This document shows positions 47,407-56,725 of a DNA stretch of 64,000 nt, piece after piece; the stretch's first letter is position 1; every line of letters begins with the position of its first letter. Made by a program: the position numbers and the translations under genes. Location of the stretch: assembly GCA_037968855.1 (NCBI GenBank), contig JBBKWH010000095.1, positions 11,223 to 75,222 on the forward strand. The letters run 5' to 3'. The notes beneath the pieces were generated by a model that was not told where the DNA came from, ran no database searches, and worked only from the letters and a program-made list of their open reading frames with translations. The DNA is from Moraxellaceae bacterium. GTDB taxonomy: Bacteria > Pseudomonadota > Gammaproteobacteria > Pseudomonadales > Moraxellaceae.

Positions 47407-47772
47407 TTAACGCGCCCCAAACAACCCGACGTCATAACCTGCCTGACGTAGCGCACTGGTGGCCCGCACACTCATCGACAGCAAAATCACAAAGTTGGCC
47501 AACGGAATAAATAAACATAGCACCGCCAATGCACGGCTCCACAACGGAAAATCCAGCCCTTTACCCACTAGCCATACCGCAAACACGCCCATCACCATGC
47601 CCCAAATGGCCAGATACAGACTCATACTGGTTTCGCCCCAGTGTTGCGCCAGTGCAGCCGCCACAAAGTAAACCAGCATGGACAACGCCGCGAGCTTTTG
47701 ACCCGCTCCCACCCAAAACAGATCCACATCGGTCTGATCGGCAACCGCCACCCAGCGTCTGGTTTCACTCAT
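47407..47772 (-). CDS. Hypothetical membrane protein
   Basis: ATG at 47772 (MSETRRW...). Three predicted TM helices. Confidence 0.35.
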   Translation of the reverse strand: MSETRRWVAVADQTDVDLFWVGAGQKLAALSMLVYFVAAALAQHWGETSMSLYLAIWGMVMGVFAVWLVGKGLDFPLWSRALAVLCLFIPLANFVILLSMSVRATSALRQAGYDVGLFGAR

Positions 47773-48256
47773 GAGTCGACTCCGATCCTTGGACTGTCGT
47801 AGGGGTAGACATGGCAGATTTTGCTGGCGTCGCATACGTGCCAGCACACTGCGCCGGATCAAAACGAATGCGGGTCAAAATCAAATCATTGGCATTAAAA
47901 TATTTGGCTTCAATGGTTAATTGATCACGCTCAAACTGTTGAGCAAAGCCCTGATCGCGAATAAAAAACACACAGAACATCTTCTGTACGCTCTGCCGTA
48001 ACGCAGGCTTAGAGGACTCATCAAGATTAAAGCCTTGATAATCCATTAAGTGATAACTGATCACAATGGTACGACCCACCACGGTAAGTTCGTCTACCCG
48101 TGTCGTGCCATTATCCACCGTCGGCAAGGCCAATTCGATATTCCACTGTTGTACCAATTGCGACACGTTAAGCGGTTCATCTTGAATGGCTTGATAGCCC
48201 CAATAGATAAACGCGGCAATCACCGCAGACAACAACACATACACTGAGACTTTCAT
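47765..48256 (-). CDS. Hypothetical exported protein
   Basis: 163 aa with an N-terminal signal/anchor MKVSVYVLLSAVIAAFIYWG. Confidence 0.4.
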   Translation of the reverse strand: MKVSVYVLLSAVIAAFIYWGYQAIQDEPLNVSQLVQQWNIELALPTVDNGTTRVDELTVVGRTIVISYHLMDYQGFNLDESSKPALRQSVQKMFCVFFIRDQGFAQQFERDQLTIEAKYFNANDLILTRIRFDPAQCAGTYATPAKSAMSTPTTVQGSESTHE

Positions 48257-48381
48257 ATATTGGCCGAGTTTAAGGCGTTCTTTGACTATTTAGGCATGAC
48301 ATGTGAATAGATACAACGCTGTAGCGCGCAGGTCATCGGCTTTTTGCCTCCTGCCAGTACATACCCGCTCAAGCTGAAAAG

Positions 48382-49236
48382 CTATTCCGGCTGTATCCAA
48401 CATTCGACCACCCGCACCAGACTGGCCACGCGTGAACTTGGGATCGGTAGTACATCATAATAAGCCTCTGGAATATGCACCTTGATCGACTCAAAACCAC
48501 AGTCAATAAAGCCCATCTCGATGGCATCGTGATCATCAAAGTGCAGACTGACCGTACTACGGGTGGCCAACGCCAAACTGCGTTTAAACGCACGCGACAG
48601 CTTAACCATCGGATGCCAACGCAAATTGGGATACAGATCCGTCACATATGCTGCCTTGGCAAACGGACTCAAAGCCAGCGCCAGACGCTGCCAAAATCCC
48701 GTGATCACCGCCAGCTCAAAATAATTGACCAAGCCTTCGGTAATCACCAACGTGCGCCGCTGTGGGTCAAGCTGCTTGGCAAAAACCTGCGACACCGACA
48801 ACGGGCCGTCGGGCTGCAAAATATCCAGATCCACCACCTGATGGACACGGCTTAACAAGCCATGGTGTTTGAGCAAATGCCGCTTACGCGCCGCCATCTC
48901 TGGCAAGTCGGCCTCAATATAATGCAGATGCGGATAATGCTCACGCAGTCGCACTCCACGCGGCGAAAAACCACAGGCAATCTCAACAATCTGGCTCACT
49001 CCATGCTGCTCAATGGCCTGCTTGACCACTGCATCAATGATTTGATGACGCTGCAACAAAGTGATACCTATCGACGTCCCCGCCAACAACCGCGCCATCG
49101 CCTCAGCCGGTCGGCCCAATTGATACAACACCTGCCCCGTTGGATTGGTAAAAATGGGCGAGGACAATCCCTGCTGACGCCAGACTTCGCCGGTGTAATA
49201 CGCCGTAAAACTAATACTCGAACTATCTTTAGACAT
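48382..49236 (-). CDS. Class I SAM-dependent methyltransferase (TcmP/LCM-like)
   Basis: ATG at 49236 (MSKDSS...). Contains ...IVEIACGFSPRG... (motif I) and ...YIEADLPEM.... Confidence 0.6.
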   Translation of the reverse strand: MSKDSSSISFTAYYTGEVWRQQGLSSPIFTNPTGQVLYQLGRPAEAMARLLAGTSIGITLLQRHQIIDAVVKQAIEQHGVSQIVEIACGFSPRGVRLREHYPHLHYIEADLPEMAARKRHLLKHHGLLSRVHQVVDLDILQPDGPLSVSQVFAKQLDPQRRTLVITEGLVNYFELAVITGFWQRLALALSPFAKAAYVTDLYPNLRWHPMVKLSRAFKRSLALATRSTVSLHFDDHDAIEMGFIDCGFESIKVHIPEAYYDVLPIPSSRVASLVRVVECWIQPE

Positions 49237-49419
49237 ACAGTGCCCCACACCAGCAGCCAAAAGGAGATTACAGCATCACCAAACGGTCGATACACTAGCC
49301 TAAAATAGCGCTATCCCTAGGGCCAATCTGCTCAATTCATCGGCAAAACTGTTGCCTCTGGCCAGTGATCTCGCCTTTGCACACTCAAAAACGCGGCCCA
49401 CAGGGTCTATGCACCACCA

Positions 49420-50097
49420 TTAGGGTAAGCGCACACCCTCTACATCCAAACGATGCAAAGCCAATACAGCCTGTGTACGGTTTTGCACGCCTAACTTACG
49501 AAAAATTGCGGTCATATGCGCTTTGATGGTGGCTTCGGAAACGTTGAGGGTATAGGCGATTTGTTTATTCAATTGGCCTTCGGCCAGCATCAGCAACACT
49601 CGAAACTGCTGCGGTGTCAGGTCACGCAAACGGTCTGCGGTGTCGAGTTCGTCTTGGGCCGGATGATGCGCTGGATTGTGTGCAGGGTTGCCATGCGCCA
49701 GATGACCGTGTGGATACCAGTCGTCACCATTTAACACGGTTTGGATCACCGCCAGCATCTCGTCGGGTGCAGCAGATTTGCGAATATAGGCCGCCGCGCC
49801 ATGTGCCATCGCCCGTTGAATCACCACCGCTTCTTCGTGTGCGGAAATGACAATCACTGGCAAGCTGGGATAATGCGCGCGCACATGTACGAGTGTAGAA
49901 AACCCTGATGCATCCGGTAGATGCAGATCGAGCAACAGGAGGTCTGGCACGTGTTGCGCTAAAGCGTCGTGCAGGCTAGCGACTGTGCCCACACCAAGCA
50001 CACGTGCATCCGGTCGTCCTTGTCGCACGGCTCGCATGAGTGCGTCACGAAACAGGGGGTGATCATCCGTAATCAAAATATTCATCGTGGCAAGCAT
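49420..50097 (-). CDS. NarL/FixJ (LuxR-type HTH) response regulator, CrbR-like
   Basis: REC domain (ILITDDHPLFRDAL...LLLDLHLPDASG), an unusual His/Pro-rich linker (GNPAHNPAHHPAQ), and a C-terminal LuxR HTH (LTPQQFRVLLMLAEGQLNKQIAYTLNVSEATIKAHMTAIFRKLGV). Confidence 0.75.
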   Translation of the reverse strand: MLATMNILITDDHPLFRDALMRAVRQGRPDARVLGVGTVASLHDALAQHVPDLLLLDLHLPDASGFSTLVHVRAHYPSLPVIVISAHEEAVVIQRAMAHGAAAYIRKSAAPDEMLAVIQTVLNGDDWYPHGHLAHGNPAHNPAHHPAQDELDTADRLRDLTPQQFRVLLMLAEGQLNKQIAYTLNVSEATIKAHMTAIFRKLGVQNRTQAVLALHRLDVEGVRLP

Positions 50098-50106
50098 CAG
50101 ACCTGA

Positions 50107-50205
50107 CGATTGGGGGTGGTCTGACTATACCGATTGTTGTGCGCGATGCGATAGGTTGTTTGTGCGGTGGGGGTGGATGTGGGCTTGTGGGGCTGAGGGT
50201 TTTGT
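50107..50205 (+). other. G-run-rich (GT-rich) tract with G-quadruplex potential
   Basis: GGGGGTGG...GGTGGGGGTGGATGTGGGCTTGTGGGGCTGAGGG at the boundary between core-GC DNA and the low-GC islet. Confidence 0.4.
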
Positions 50206-50360
50206 TGTTTACTGTTGGTTGGGTTGCATAAGATCGTCTTTGAATTGATAAATTTTTAATGTTATTGGGTTTATCAGTTTTTGAATGGGCTCTTATTTGT
50301 CAGGGTGACACATAAGAGTAGTTAGCAATTATTGCTCCAGCTTTTATTTGAGGTAAAAAT

Positions 50361-51197
50361 ATGTCAGATAGAGAATTAGATATTACGAAATTTTCTTATG
50401 AGTCTTATCGCAAGTTAAAGAAAAATCTTGGAGAGTTTGATGCGGTAGTCGAGTGTAATGAAATTGCTATCAGAGAGTTTATTGAGAAAGCACAAGCTAA
50501 AGATGCTGGCGATTATATAAAAAATTTATCATTTAAGCATAGAGTGAAAGTCGATGCAGTAGATTTTATAAAATTTGGTTCAAGAATAAGGCATTACTAT
50601 CTTACCTCTGTTTTTCAACAATCAGAACAATTCCTGAAGGACTTTAAAGAAGAATGGAAGCTTTACTTCCCCAACAAAGAATGGTTAGAGATCAAAAGTG
50701 GTGAAACAATCCTTCAAAACACTCTAAGGACTCTTTCTTTAAGAATTTCATCTGACCTAATAGAATTTTATGAGTATTATAGATTAGTCAGAAATCATAT
50801 GTCCCATAATGATAGGGATATCGATAAGCTAAGATCTCTCCTCAGAAAAACCCAAGAAAACAAAAATGAATTTTTAAGCGATTTAAATTTATCTGGCACA
50901 CCAAACTCACTAGAGACTATTGGTTTTGATGACTTTTTAATATTAACAAATATTGTTAAACATATTGCGTTTTCTATATGCTCACAATCTAAACCAGACA
51001 ACAATAAAATTGCAGAAGCACTATTTGAACACTCAAAAAAAAATAATGGAAGCGCATACAAGGGTTTAAAAAAATTAAAAAATAATGAAAAAAGATACAA
51101 CAATGCTTTAAAAAGCTTTATCATAACCACGTTTGGTAGGTTTAGCTCTACGGATATTGAAGAAGTTGTAAGTGAGTTAAAACGTTTGCTAGCTTAA
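50361..51197 (+). CDS. Hypothetical protein on a low-GC islet; candidate HEPN/Abi2-like (abortive-infection-type) protein
   Basis: 278 aa, about 30% GC against roughly 50% in the flanks. Contains YYRLVRNHMSHND (R-x4-H). ATG with GAGGT SD. Confidence 0.45.
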   Translation: MSDRELDITKFSYESYRKLKKNLGEFDAVVECNEIAIREFIEKAQAKDAGDYIKNLSFKHRVKVDAVDFIKFGSRIRHYYLTSVFQQSEQFLKDFKEEWKLYFPNKEWLEIKSGETILQNTLRTLSLRISSDLIEFYEYYRLVRNHMSHNDRDIDKLRSLLRKTQENKNEFLSDLNLSGTPNSLETIGFDDFLILTNIVKHIAFSICSQSKPDNNKIAEALFEHSKKNNGSAYKGLKKLKNNEKRYNNALKSFIITTFGRFSSTDIEEVVSELKRLLA

Positions 51198-51255
51198 TGG
51201 CTAAAGCGTCCCCTCCACAAGCCAACTTGATGAGTTGGTTTGTGAAGGAGAAATT

Positions 51256-51283
51256 ATTGGTTCGATTCCAATAGCAGGCTCCA
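51256..51283 (+). other. tRNA 3'-end-like fragment (T-arm + acceptor 3' strand + CCA), possible att-site relic
   Basis: ATTGG-TTCGATT-CCAAT-AGCAGGC-T-CCA. No canonical D and anticodon arms or 5' acceptor strand could be assembled upstream. Confidence 0.4.
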
Positions 51284-51418
51284 TCTCTAGCTTTCTCTTC
51301 AAGCGCTTTAAGTACCATAACGCCCAAGCCACTTATGGCTCACTGCTTGATAGCTCCAGCGGATTCTCATATTTTGATTCCACTGTGTAGTGTTACGACT
51401 TGCCCAATTAATTAGACC

Positions 51419-51449
51419 AAAAAAAGACAGCCCAAAAGCTGTCTTTTTT
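51419..51449. terminator. Bidirectional rho-independent terminator between islet ORF and acs
   Basis: AAAAAAGACAGC-CCAAAA-GCTGTCTTTTTT. Confidence 0.65.
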
Positions 51450-51461
51450 CCCCTCACCCAA

Positions 51462-53414
51462 TCAAGCACTCTTCGCCGGATACACCACCGCAATCAGGTG
51501 ATCCACCACCGATGGATCGGCCAGCGTCGAGGTATCACCCAGCCCATCCAACTCATTGGCCGCAATCTTGCGCAAAATCCGCCGCATAATTTTGCCAGAA
51601 CGCGTCTTGGGCAACCCCACCGCCCAATGAATCGCATCGGGCGTAGCAATCGGGCCAATCTCGTGGCGTACAAAATCGCGTAGCGCCTTGCGTAGCTCCT
51701 CGCTTTCTTCCACACCCGCCTGCAAGCTCACAAACGCACAAATGCCCTGCCCTTTAATGTCATGCGGCATACCGACCACAGCGGCTTCAGCCACCGCTTT
51801 ATGCAACACCAAGGCGCTTTCCACTTCGGCCGTGCCCAAACGATGGCCCGACACGTTCAGCACGTCGTCCACACGGCCGGTAATCCAATAGTCACCATCG
51901 GCATCGCGGCGCGCGCCATCGCCAGTAAAGTACATGCCTTTAAAGGTACTAAAATAGGTTTCAATAAAGCGCTGATGATCGCCATACACCGAGCGCATTT
52001 GCGCAGGCCACGAATCAATCAGCACCAAGTTGCCTTCGCACGTGCCTTCCAATAGATTGCCTTCAGCATCGACAATCGCCGGTTGCACGCCAAACATCGG
52101 GCGCATCGCCGAACCTGCTTTCATGCGACCTGCGTTGGGTAGCGGTGCAATCAACACGCCGCCGGTTTCGGTCTGCCACCATGTATCGACAATCGGGCAA
52201 CGCGACTCGCCGACCACGCGGTAATACCAATCCCAAGCTTCAGGGTTGATTGGCTCACCCACCGAACCGAGCAAGCGCAAGCTGCTGCGATTACTCTGCC
52301 GTACAAAGTCATCGCCTTCACGCATCATGGCGCGAATCGCGGTGGGTGCGGTGTACAAGATGGTCACGTCGTGCTTATCGACAATCTGACCAATCCGCGC
52401 CCACGTTGGATACTGCGGCACGCCTTCAAACATCAAGGTGGTCGCGCCGTTCGACAGTGGGCCGTACAACAAATAACTATGGCCGGTAATCCAGCCCACA
52501 TCAGCGGTACACCAGTACACGTCGTCTTCTTTTAAATCAAAGACTTCTTTAAAGGTGGTGGTGGCATACACCAAATAACCGCCGGTGGTATGCAGTACGC
52601 CTTTGGGTTTGCCGGTACTGCCGGAGGTATACAAAATAAATAGCGGATCTTCGGCATTCATCGCCACAGCGGGGCAATCGTCCGAGGCGTCAGCGATCAG
52701 TTCGTGATACCAACGGTCGCGGCCTTCATGCCAGACCACATCGCCGCCAGTGCGATGCACCACAATCACGTCAGTGACTTGCTCGCCACCAGCAATGGCG
52801 ACGGCGGCATCGACGTTGGCTTTGAGCGGGATGCTTTTGCCACCGCGTAAGCCTTCGTCGGCGGTGATGACCACATGCGAGTCACAATCGACAATCCGAC
52901 CGGCCAGCGCATCGGGTGAGAAACCACCAAACACCACCGAATGCACTGCGCCAATGCGGGTACAGGCCAGCATTGCCACCGCCGCTTCGGGGATCATCGG
53001 CATATAGATGGTGACGCGGTCGCCTTTTTTGACGTTTAAGGCGTTGAGCGCATTGGCAAAACGGCAGACTTCGTCGTGTAGCTCGCGGTAAGAAATAATC
53101 TTGTGATCAGCGGGATGGTCGCCTTCCCAAATGATCGCAGGCTTATCAGGATGGGTGGCTAAATGGCGGTCTAAGCAGTTGGCCGAGACGTTAAGTTCGC
53201 CGTCTTCAAACCATTTAATTCTAAAGTCTTCGACCTGATAGGACACATCACGCACCACGCTAAACGGCTTGATCCAATCCACACATTGCGCCTTGTCACG
53301 CCAATAGGCGCTGCTATCTTGCACCGAGGCCTGATACTGCTGTTGATACTGCTCAGGGGTCAGGTTGGCTTTTTCGGCAAAGCTGGCCGAAGGCAAAAGA
53401 TGATGTTCCGTCAT
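51462..53414 (-). CDS. acs: Acetyl-CoA synthetase
   Basis: Near full-length alignment to E. coli Acs ([20 protein letters not shown], ...[13 protein letters not shown]). ATG at 53414 (MTEHHLLP...). Confidence 0.9.
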   Translation of the reverse strand: MTEHHLLPSASFAEKANLTPEQYQQQYQASVQDSSAYWRDKAQCVDWIKPFSVVRDVSYQVEDFRIKWFEDGELNVSANCLDRHLATHPDKPAIIWEGDHPADHKIISYRELHDEVCRFANALNALNVKKGDRVTIYMPMIPEAAVAMLACTRIGAVHSVVFGGFSPDALAGRIVDCDSHVVITADEGLRGGKSIPLKANVDAAVAIAGGEQVTDVIVVHRTGGDVVWHEGRDRWYHELIADASDDCPAVAMNAEDPLFILYTSGSTGKPKGVLHTTGGYLVYATTTFKEVFDLKEDDVYWCTADVGWITGHSYLLYGPLSNGATTLMFEGVPQYPTWARIGQIVDKHDVTILYTAPTAIRAMMREGDDFVRQSNRSSLRLLGSVGEPINPEAWDWYYRVVGESRCPIVDTWWQTETGGVLIAPLPNAGRMKAGSAMRPMFGVQPAIVDAEGNLLEGTCEGNLVLIDSWPAQMRSVYGDHQRFIETYFSTFKGMYFTGDGARRDADGDYWITGRVDDVLNVSGHRLGTAEVESALVLHKAVAEAAVVGMPHDIKGQGICAFVSLQAGVEESEELRKALRDFVRHEIGPIATPDAIHWAVGLPKTRSGKIMRRILRKIAANELDGLGDTSTLADPSVVDHLIAVVYPAKSA

Positions 53415-53758
53415 AACAAGCGTCCTATTAGGTGGCAGGCTGTGCAACGCCTTCATTCAAAATTTATACCATGACATCGAGTATGCCCAGCCATCGTTGC
53501 TGGCTCTATTAGGCTTTGGTCTAAGGCTTTGCGCTAAGGTTTAGCACAATAGCGTGTGTGGCAAAAAATACACTGGTGTTTATAACCAATATCCACATGT
53601 AGATTGGTCAACAGGTCTGGATTGCGACCAACCACCGATCCAAAACCGCTCCACTCTACGACCAAAGGCGAATGGGCAAGCGAAGGGTTCTAATCGTTAG
53701 ATGACAATCAGATGTCAGTCAGATTTCAGCCAGTTTTCAACAACGAAAGGATCTCGTC

Positions 53759-55126
53759 ATGCGCCCAACCGCCCTTGCCATTAGCCTGTTTGCCTTATGT
53801 TTGCATAGCACTAGCTTTGCCGCCGATAGCAGCATCAATACCAGCCCAGACAACACCCCAAACAACAACAGCAACGCCGCCATGCAAACCGAAATTAGCG
53901 CGCTTAAGCAACGCCTCGCAGCACTCGAAGACAGCATCCAAAGCAGTGCACAAGCAGCACCTGCACCCACCGTGGTGGTTAGCCTGCCCACACCTGTTAC
54001 GCCCACTAGCAGTAAGCCGATATTTAATATGGACGGCAGCAACACCACCTTTAGCTACAAAGGCTATGTCAAAGTCGATGCGCTGGCCAGCCGATTTAGC
54101 GCAGGCGAAGTGGCCAGTAGCAGCGCCGCGCGTGATTTTTATGTGCCTTCTGCCACTCCAGTTGGCAATGGCGAGAGCAGCCAAGTGTTAGACGCGCATG
54201 CCAAACAAACCCGTATCACCTTTGCCAGCAAGACCGCGCTCGACAACGGCAAGTCGATCAATACCCAAGTCGAAATGGACTTTATGGTCGCCTTAGACGG
54301 CAACGAGCGCGCCACCAATGGCTATGAACCTGAGTTGCGCCATGCGTTTATTCAATACGATAAATACCTGATCGGCCAAACATGGTCCAACTTTATGGAC
54401 GTCAACGCCCTACCCGACAGCCTTGATTTTATCGGTCCAACCGAAGGCACGGTGTTTGTACGCCAACCGCAGTTTCGCTATAGCCAAGGTGCTTGGGCCG
54501 TGTCGGTGGAAAACCCAGAAACCAGCCTCAGCACTGCCACGCCCACTGGCGTGACCAACACGGTCAGTGGCGATGGTCGTTTGCCCGATCTGACCGCCCG
54601 TTATACCCACAGCATGGGCCAGCAAGGTCATCTGAGTGCGGCGCTATTGCTGCGTGAACTGCGCAACGACAACAACGGCATTAACTCAGATCACAGCACC
54701 GGTGCAGGTGTGAGCGTGTCGGGTCGCTACAACCTTGACGCGGCCAACAACCTACGCGGTGCAGTCACGTATGGTCAGGGTATTGGTCGTTATGTGGGGG
54801 TGAATGTGGTCAATGACGCAGCCTTAGATGGCAATGGCCAACTGCATAATATTGACGTGACCGCAGGCTTTTTGGCGTATCAGCATCAATGGCGGTCTGA
54901 CCTGCGCTCTAGTGTTGGCTTGTCTTATTTTAACGCCGACATCCCCACCGAGATTGTGGGAAATGGCCTAACCAAAACCTCGCAATCGGCCTTAGTCAAC
55001 GTGATCTACAACATTGCACCGGCCTTAGAAGTCGGTGCAGAGCTATTGCATGGCAAGCGTGAACTGTCTTCCGGCTTGGATGGCAGTTTGGATCGCTTAC
55101 AGTTGTCGGCAAAGTATCGGTTTTAA
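53759..55126 (+). CDS. DcaP-like outer-membrane porin (signal peptide, N-terminal coiled coil, beta-barrel ending YRF)
   Basis: Signal MRPTALAISLFALCLHSTSFA, coiled coil EISALKQRLAALEDSIQS, alternating beta-strand pattern, and a C-terminal aromatic residue. Confidence 0.55.
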   Translation: MRPTALAISLFALCLHSTSFAADSSINTSPDNTPNNNSNAAMQTEISALKQRLAALEDSIQSSAQAAPAPTVVVSLPTPVTPTSSKPIFNMDGSNTTFSYKGYVKVDALASRFSAGEVASSSAARDFYVPSATPVGNGESSQVLDAHAKQTRITFASKTALDNGKSINTQVEMDFMVALDGNERATNGYEPELRHAFIQYDKYLIGQTWSNFMDVNALPDSLDFIGPTEGTVFVRQPQFRYSQGAWAVSVENPETSLSTATPTGVTNTVSGDGRLPDLTARYTHSMGQQGHLSAALLLRELRNDNNGINSDHSTGAGVSVSGRYNLDAANNLRGAVTYGQGIGRYVGVNVVNDAALDGNGQLHNIDVTAGFLAYQHQWRSDLRSSVGLSYFNADIPTEIVGNGLTKTSQSALVNVIYNIAPALEVGAELLHGKRELSSGLDGSLDRLQLSAKYRF

Positions 55127-55159
55127 GCCCATCAATATTGCTGATTGATCGATAAAACA

Positions 55160-55189
55160 GAAAAACCGCCAACGAACTTGGCGGTTTTT
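55160..55189. terminator. Bidirectional terminator between convergent porin and OmpA-family genes
   Basis: ACCGCCAA-CGAAC-TTGGCGGT followed by TTTTT. Confidence 0.6.
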
Positions 55190-55214
55190 AACATGGTTTT
55201 GCTGGCTTAGTTGA

Positions 55215-56438
55215 TTATTTTGGCGGCTCCACCGTGATGGTATTGGTATCGACCACCACTTGAGTCTCCGCACTTGGGACGGTAGCTGGGGTCACGTCAT
55301 AGCCTTGACCCGTTGCGGTATCCACCACCCAAAACTCAATCCGACGGTTACGAAAGCGACCCTGTGCGGTGACGTTGTCGGCAATTGGTTGGTTTTCACC
55401 CATACCCATCGCGTTCAGACGATCCGCTGGGACACCTTTGGACAGCAAATAATCACGCACGGCATCGGCGCGTTTTTTGGACAATTCCATGTTGTATTGA
55501 TCGGTATCGACCGAATCGGTAAAGCCGTGAATTTCAACCATCAGGTTTGGCGTGCTGGACATCAGTGGTGCAACCCGATCCAAAACTGGCTTATTGATGT
55601 CTGGAATAATCGCTTTGTCAAAATCAAAGTTAATGATCTGGGTATTGAGTACCCGTGCAATATCAATCGGACGGATGCCTGTGGTTGGAAGTTGATCCAG
55701 CATCTGCATGGCACGCTGAATACTGCGTTGTGCTTCGGCGGTTTCGTCGACTGCAACCAAGCTGGTAACAGCAAATTGACTACCGACTTGCTCGGCCAAG
55801 CCTTGCTGAATTTTTGCCAAATTTGCGGCATTGGCAGTATTCACCACAATCGATCCTTGGGTATTACCCAAGGCGCTATCAGGCAAAAACTCATCATAGT
55901 TAATTGCCAACATGGTGTCAGGTATACCGCGCACCACTTGCAAGACGTGATCTAGCATATCCAGATCCATCAGTTGCGTGTTGTAAGCAGGATCAACCAA
56001 TAGGCGGCAACGGTCGGTGGTCTGAGTATAAATATTGTCCACACGCTCGTTGATCAAGCGTGCGGTGGTTTGGTTGCCCACCGCACCAGAACAGCCCATC
56101 AGCTTGCCGGTGCTATCGGTCACAATACTGAGGCGTGCCGGATAGACCGTTTGTTTGGTCATTGGATTTTGCGACGCATTATTACTGCCTTGTGCTGCCG
56201 ATGGCACGGCCATCATGGGTTGTTCACGCTGCTCATCAACCTCGTGTTTTTTCCACAAGGCACCGGCTGCACCGACTGCCAAAATTGCGCCAATCAGTAG
56301 GCTTAAAATCCCGTTTTGCGTCATGCCCGCCTGTGCGCTCAAGGCATGTCTGAGCGGTTGTCCTGTGGCATGTCTATGTCGAATCGCACGCTGTAAGGCG
56401 GTAACTGGCTGATATTGTTGGGTTGGCTTAGTCATCAA
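55215..56438 (-). CDS. OmpA/MotB-family peptidoglycan-binding protein with N-terminal TM anchor
   Basis: C-terminal OmpA-like domain (...NFDFDKAIIPDINKPVLDRVA...HGFTDSVDTDQYNMELSKKRADAV...RRIEFWV). TM ILSLLIGAILAVGAAGALW. Confidence 0.7.
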   Translation of the reverse strand: MMTKPTQQYQPVTALQRAIRHRHATGQPLRHALSAQAGMTQNGILSLLIGAILAVGAAGALWKKHEVDEQREQPMMAVPSAAQGSNNASQNPMTKQTVYPARLSIVTDSTGKLMGCSGAVGNQTTARLINERVDNIYTQTTDRCRLLVDPAYNTQLMDLDMLDHVLQVVRGIPDTMLAINYDEFLPDSALGNTQGSIVVNTANAANLAKIQQGLAEQVGSQFAVTSLVAVDETAEAQRSIQRAMQMLDQLPTTGIRPIDIARVLNTQIINFDFDKAIIPDINKPVLDRVAPLMSSTPNLMVEIHGFTDSVDTDQYNMELSKKRADAVRDYLLSKGVPADRLNAMGMGENQPIADNVTAQGRFRNRRIEFWVVDTATGQGYDVTPATVPSAETQVVVDTNTITVEPPK

Positions 56439-56725
56439 AAATCCTCATGCTGTTGTGGTTTTCTTTAGACTTTAAAGACTTAGCCGCCGCAACATCGTCA
56501 CAACGCACACGACTTGTGTAGCAATCGCTGAGCATCTTGCCGCCAATGATGCACTTGCGTAAAAAAACACCGTACGCATTGCGGTTGTGTGGCACAAAGG
56601 CGCGCTTTTTGTGATCCACAAACCGACTGAATGCGCCATTTGACTGTGTTTTTCCTGTCAGCGATCAGGTGGGTTGGCCCATCTTGTGCTACAACCCAGA
56701 CAGTACGATTTAATGTAGGTTTAGC

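Noticed and set aside
51184-51283. A full-length tRNA gene (anticodon GAT in a CCAAC-TTGATGA-GTTGG arm) ending in the T-arm/CCA at 51256-51283
   Set aside because: This would need a 97-nt tRNA with an irregular spacer between the D and anticodon arms, a 5-nt D-loop or wrong 8-9 spacing, and a G-U-rich acceptor overlapping the ORF stop. I keep only the 3' fragment as a tRNA-like relic.
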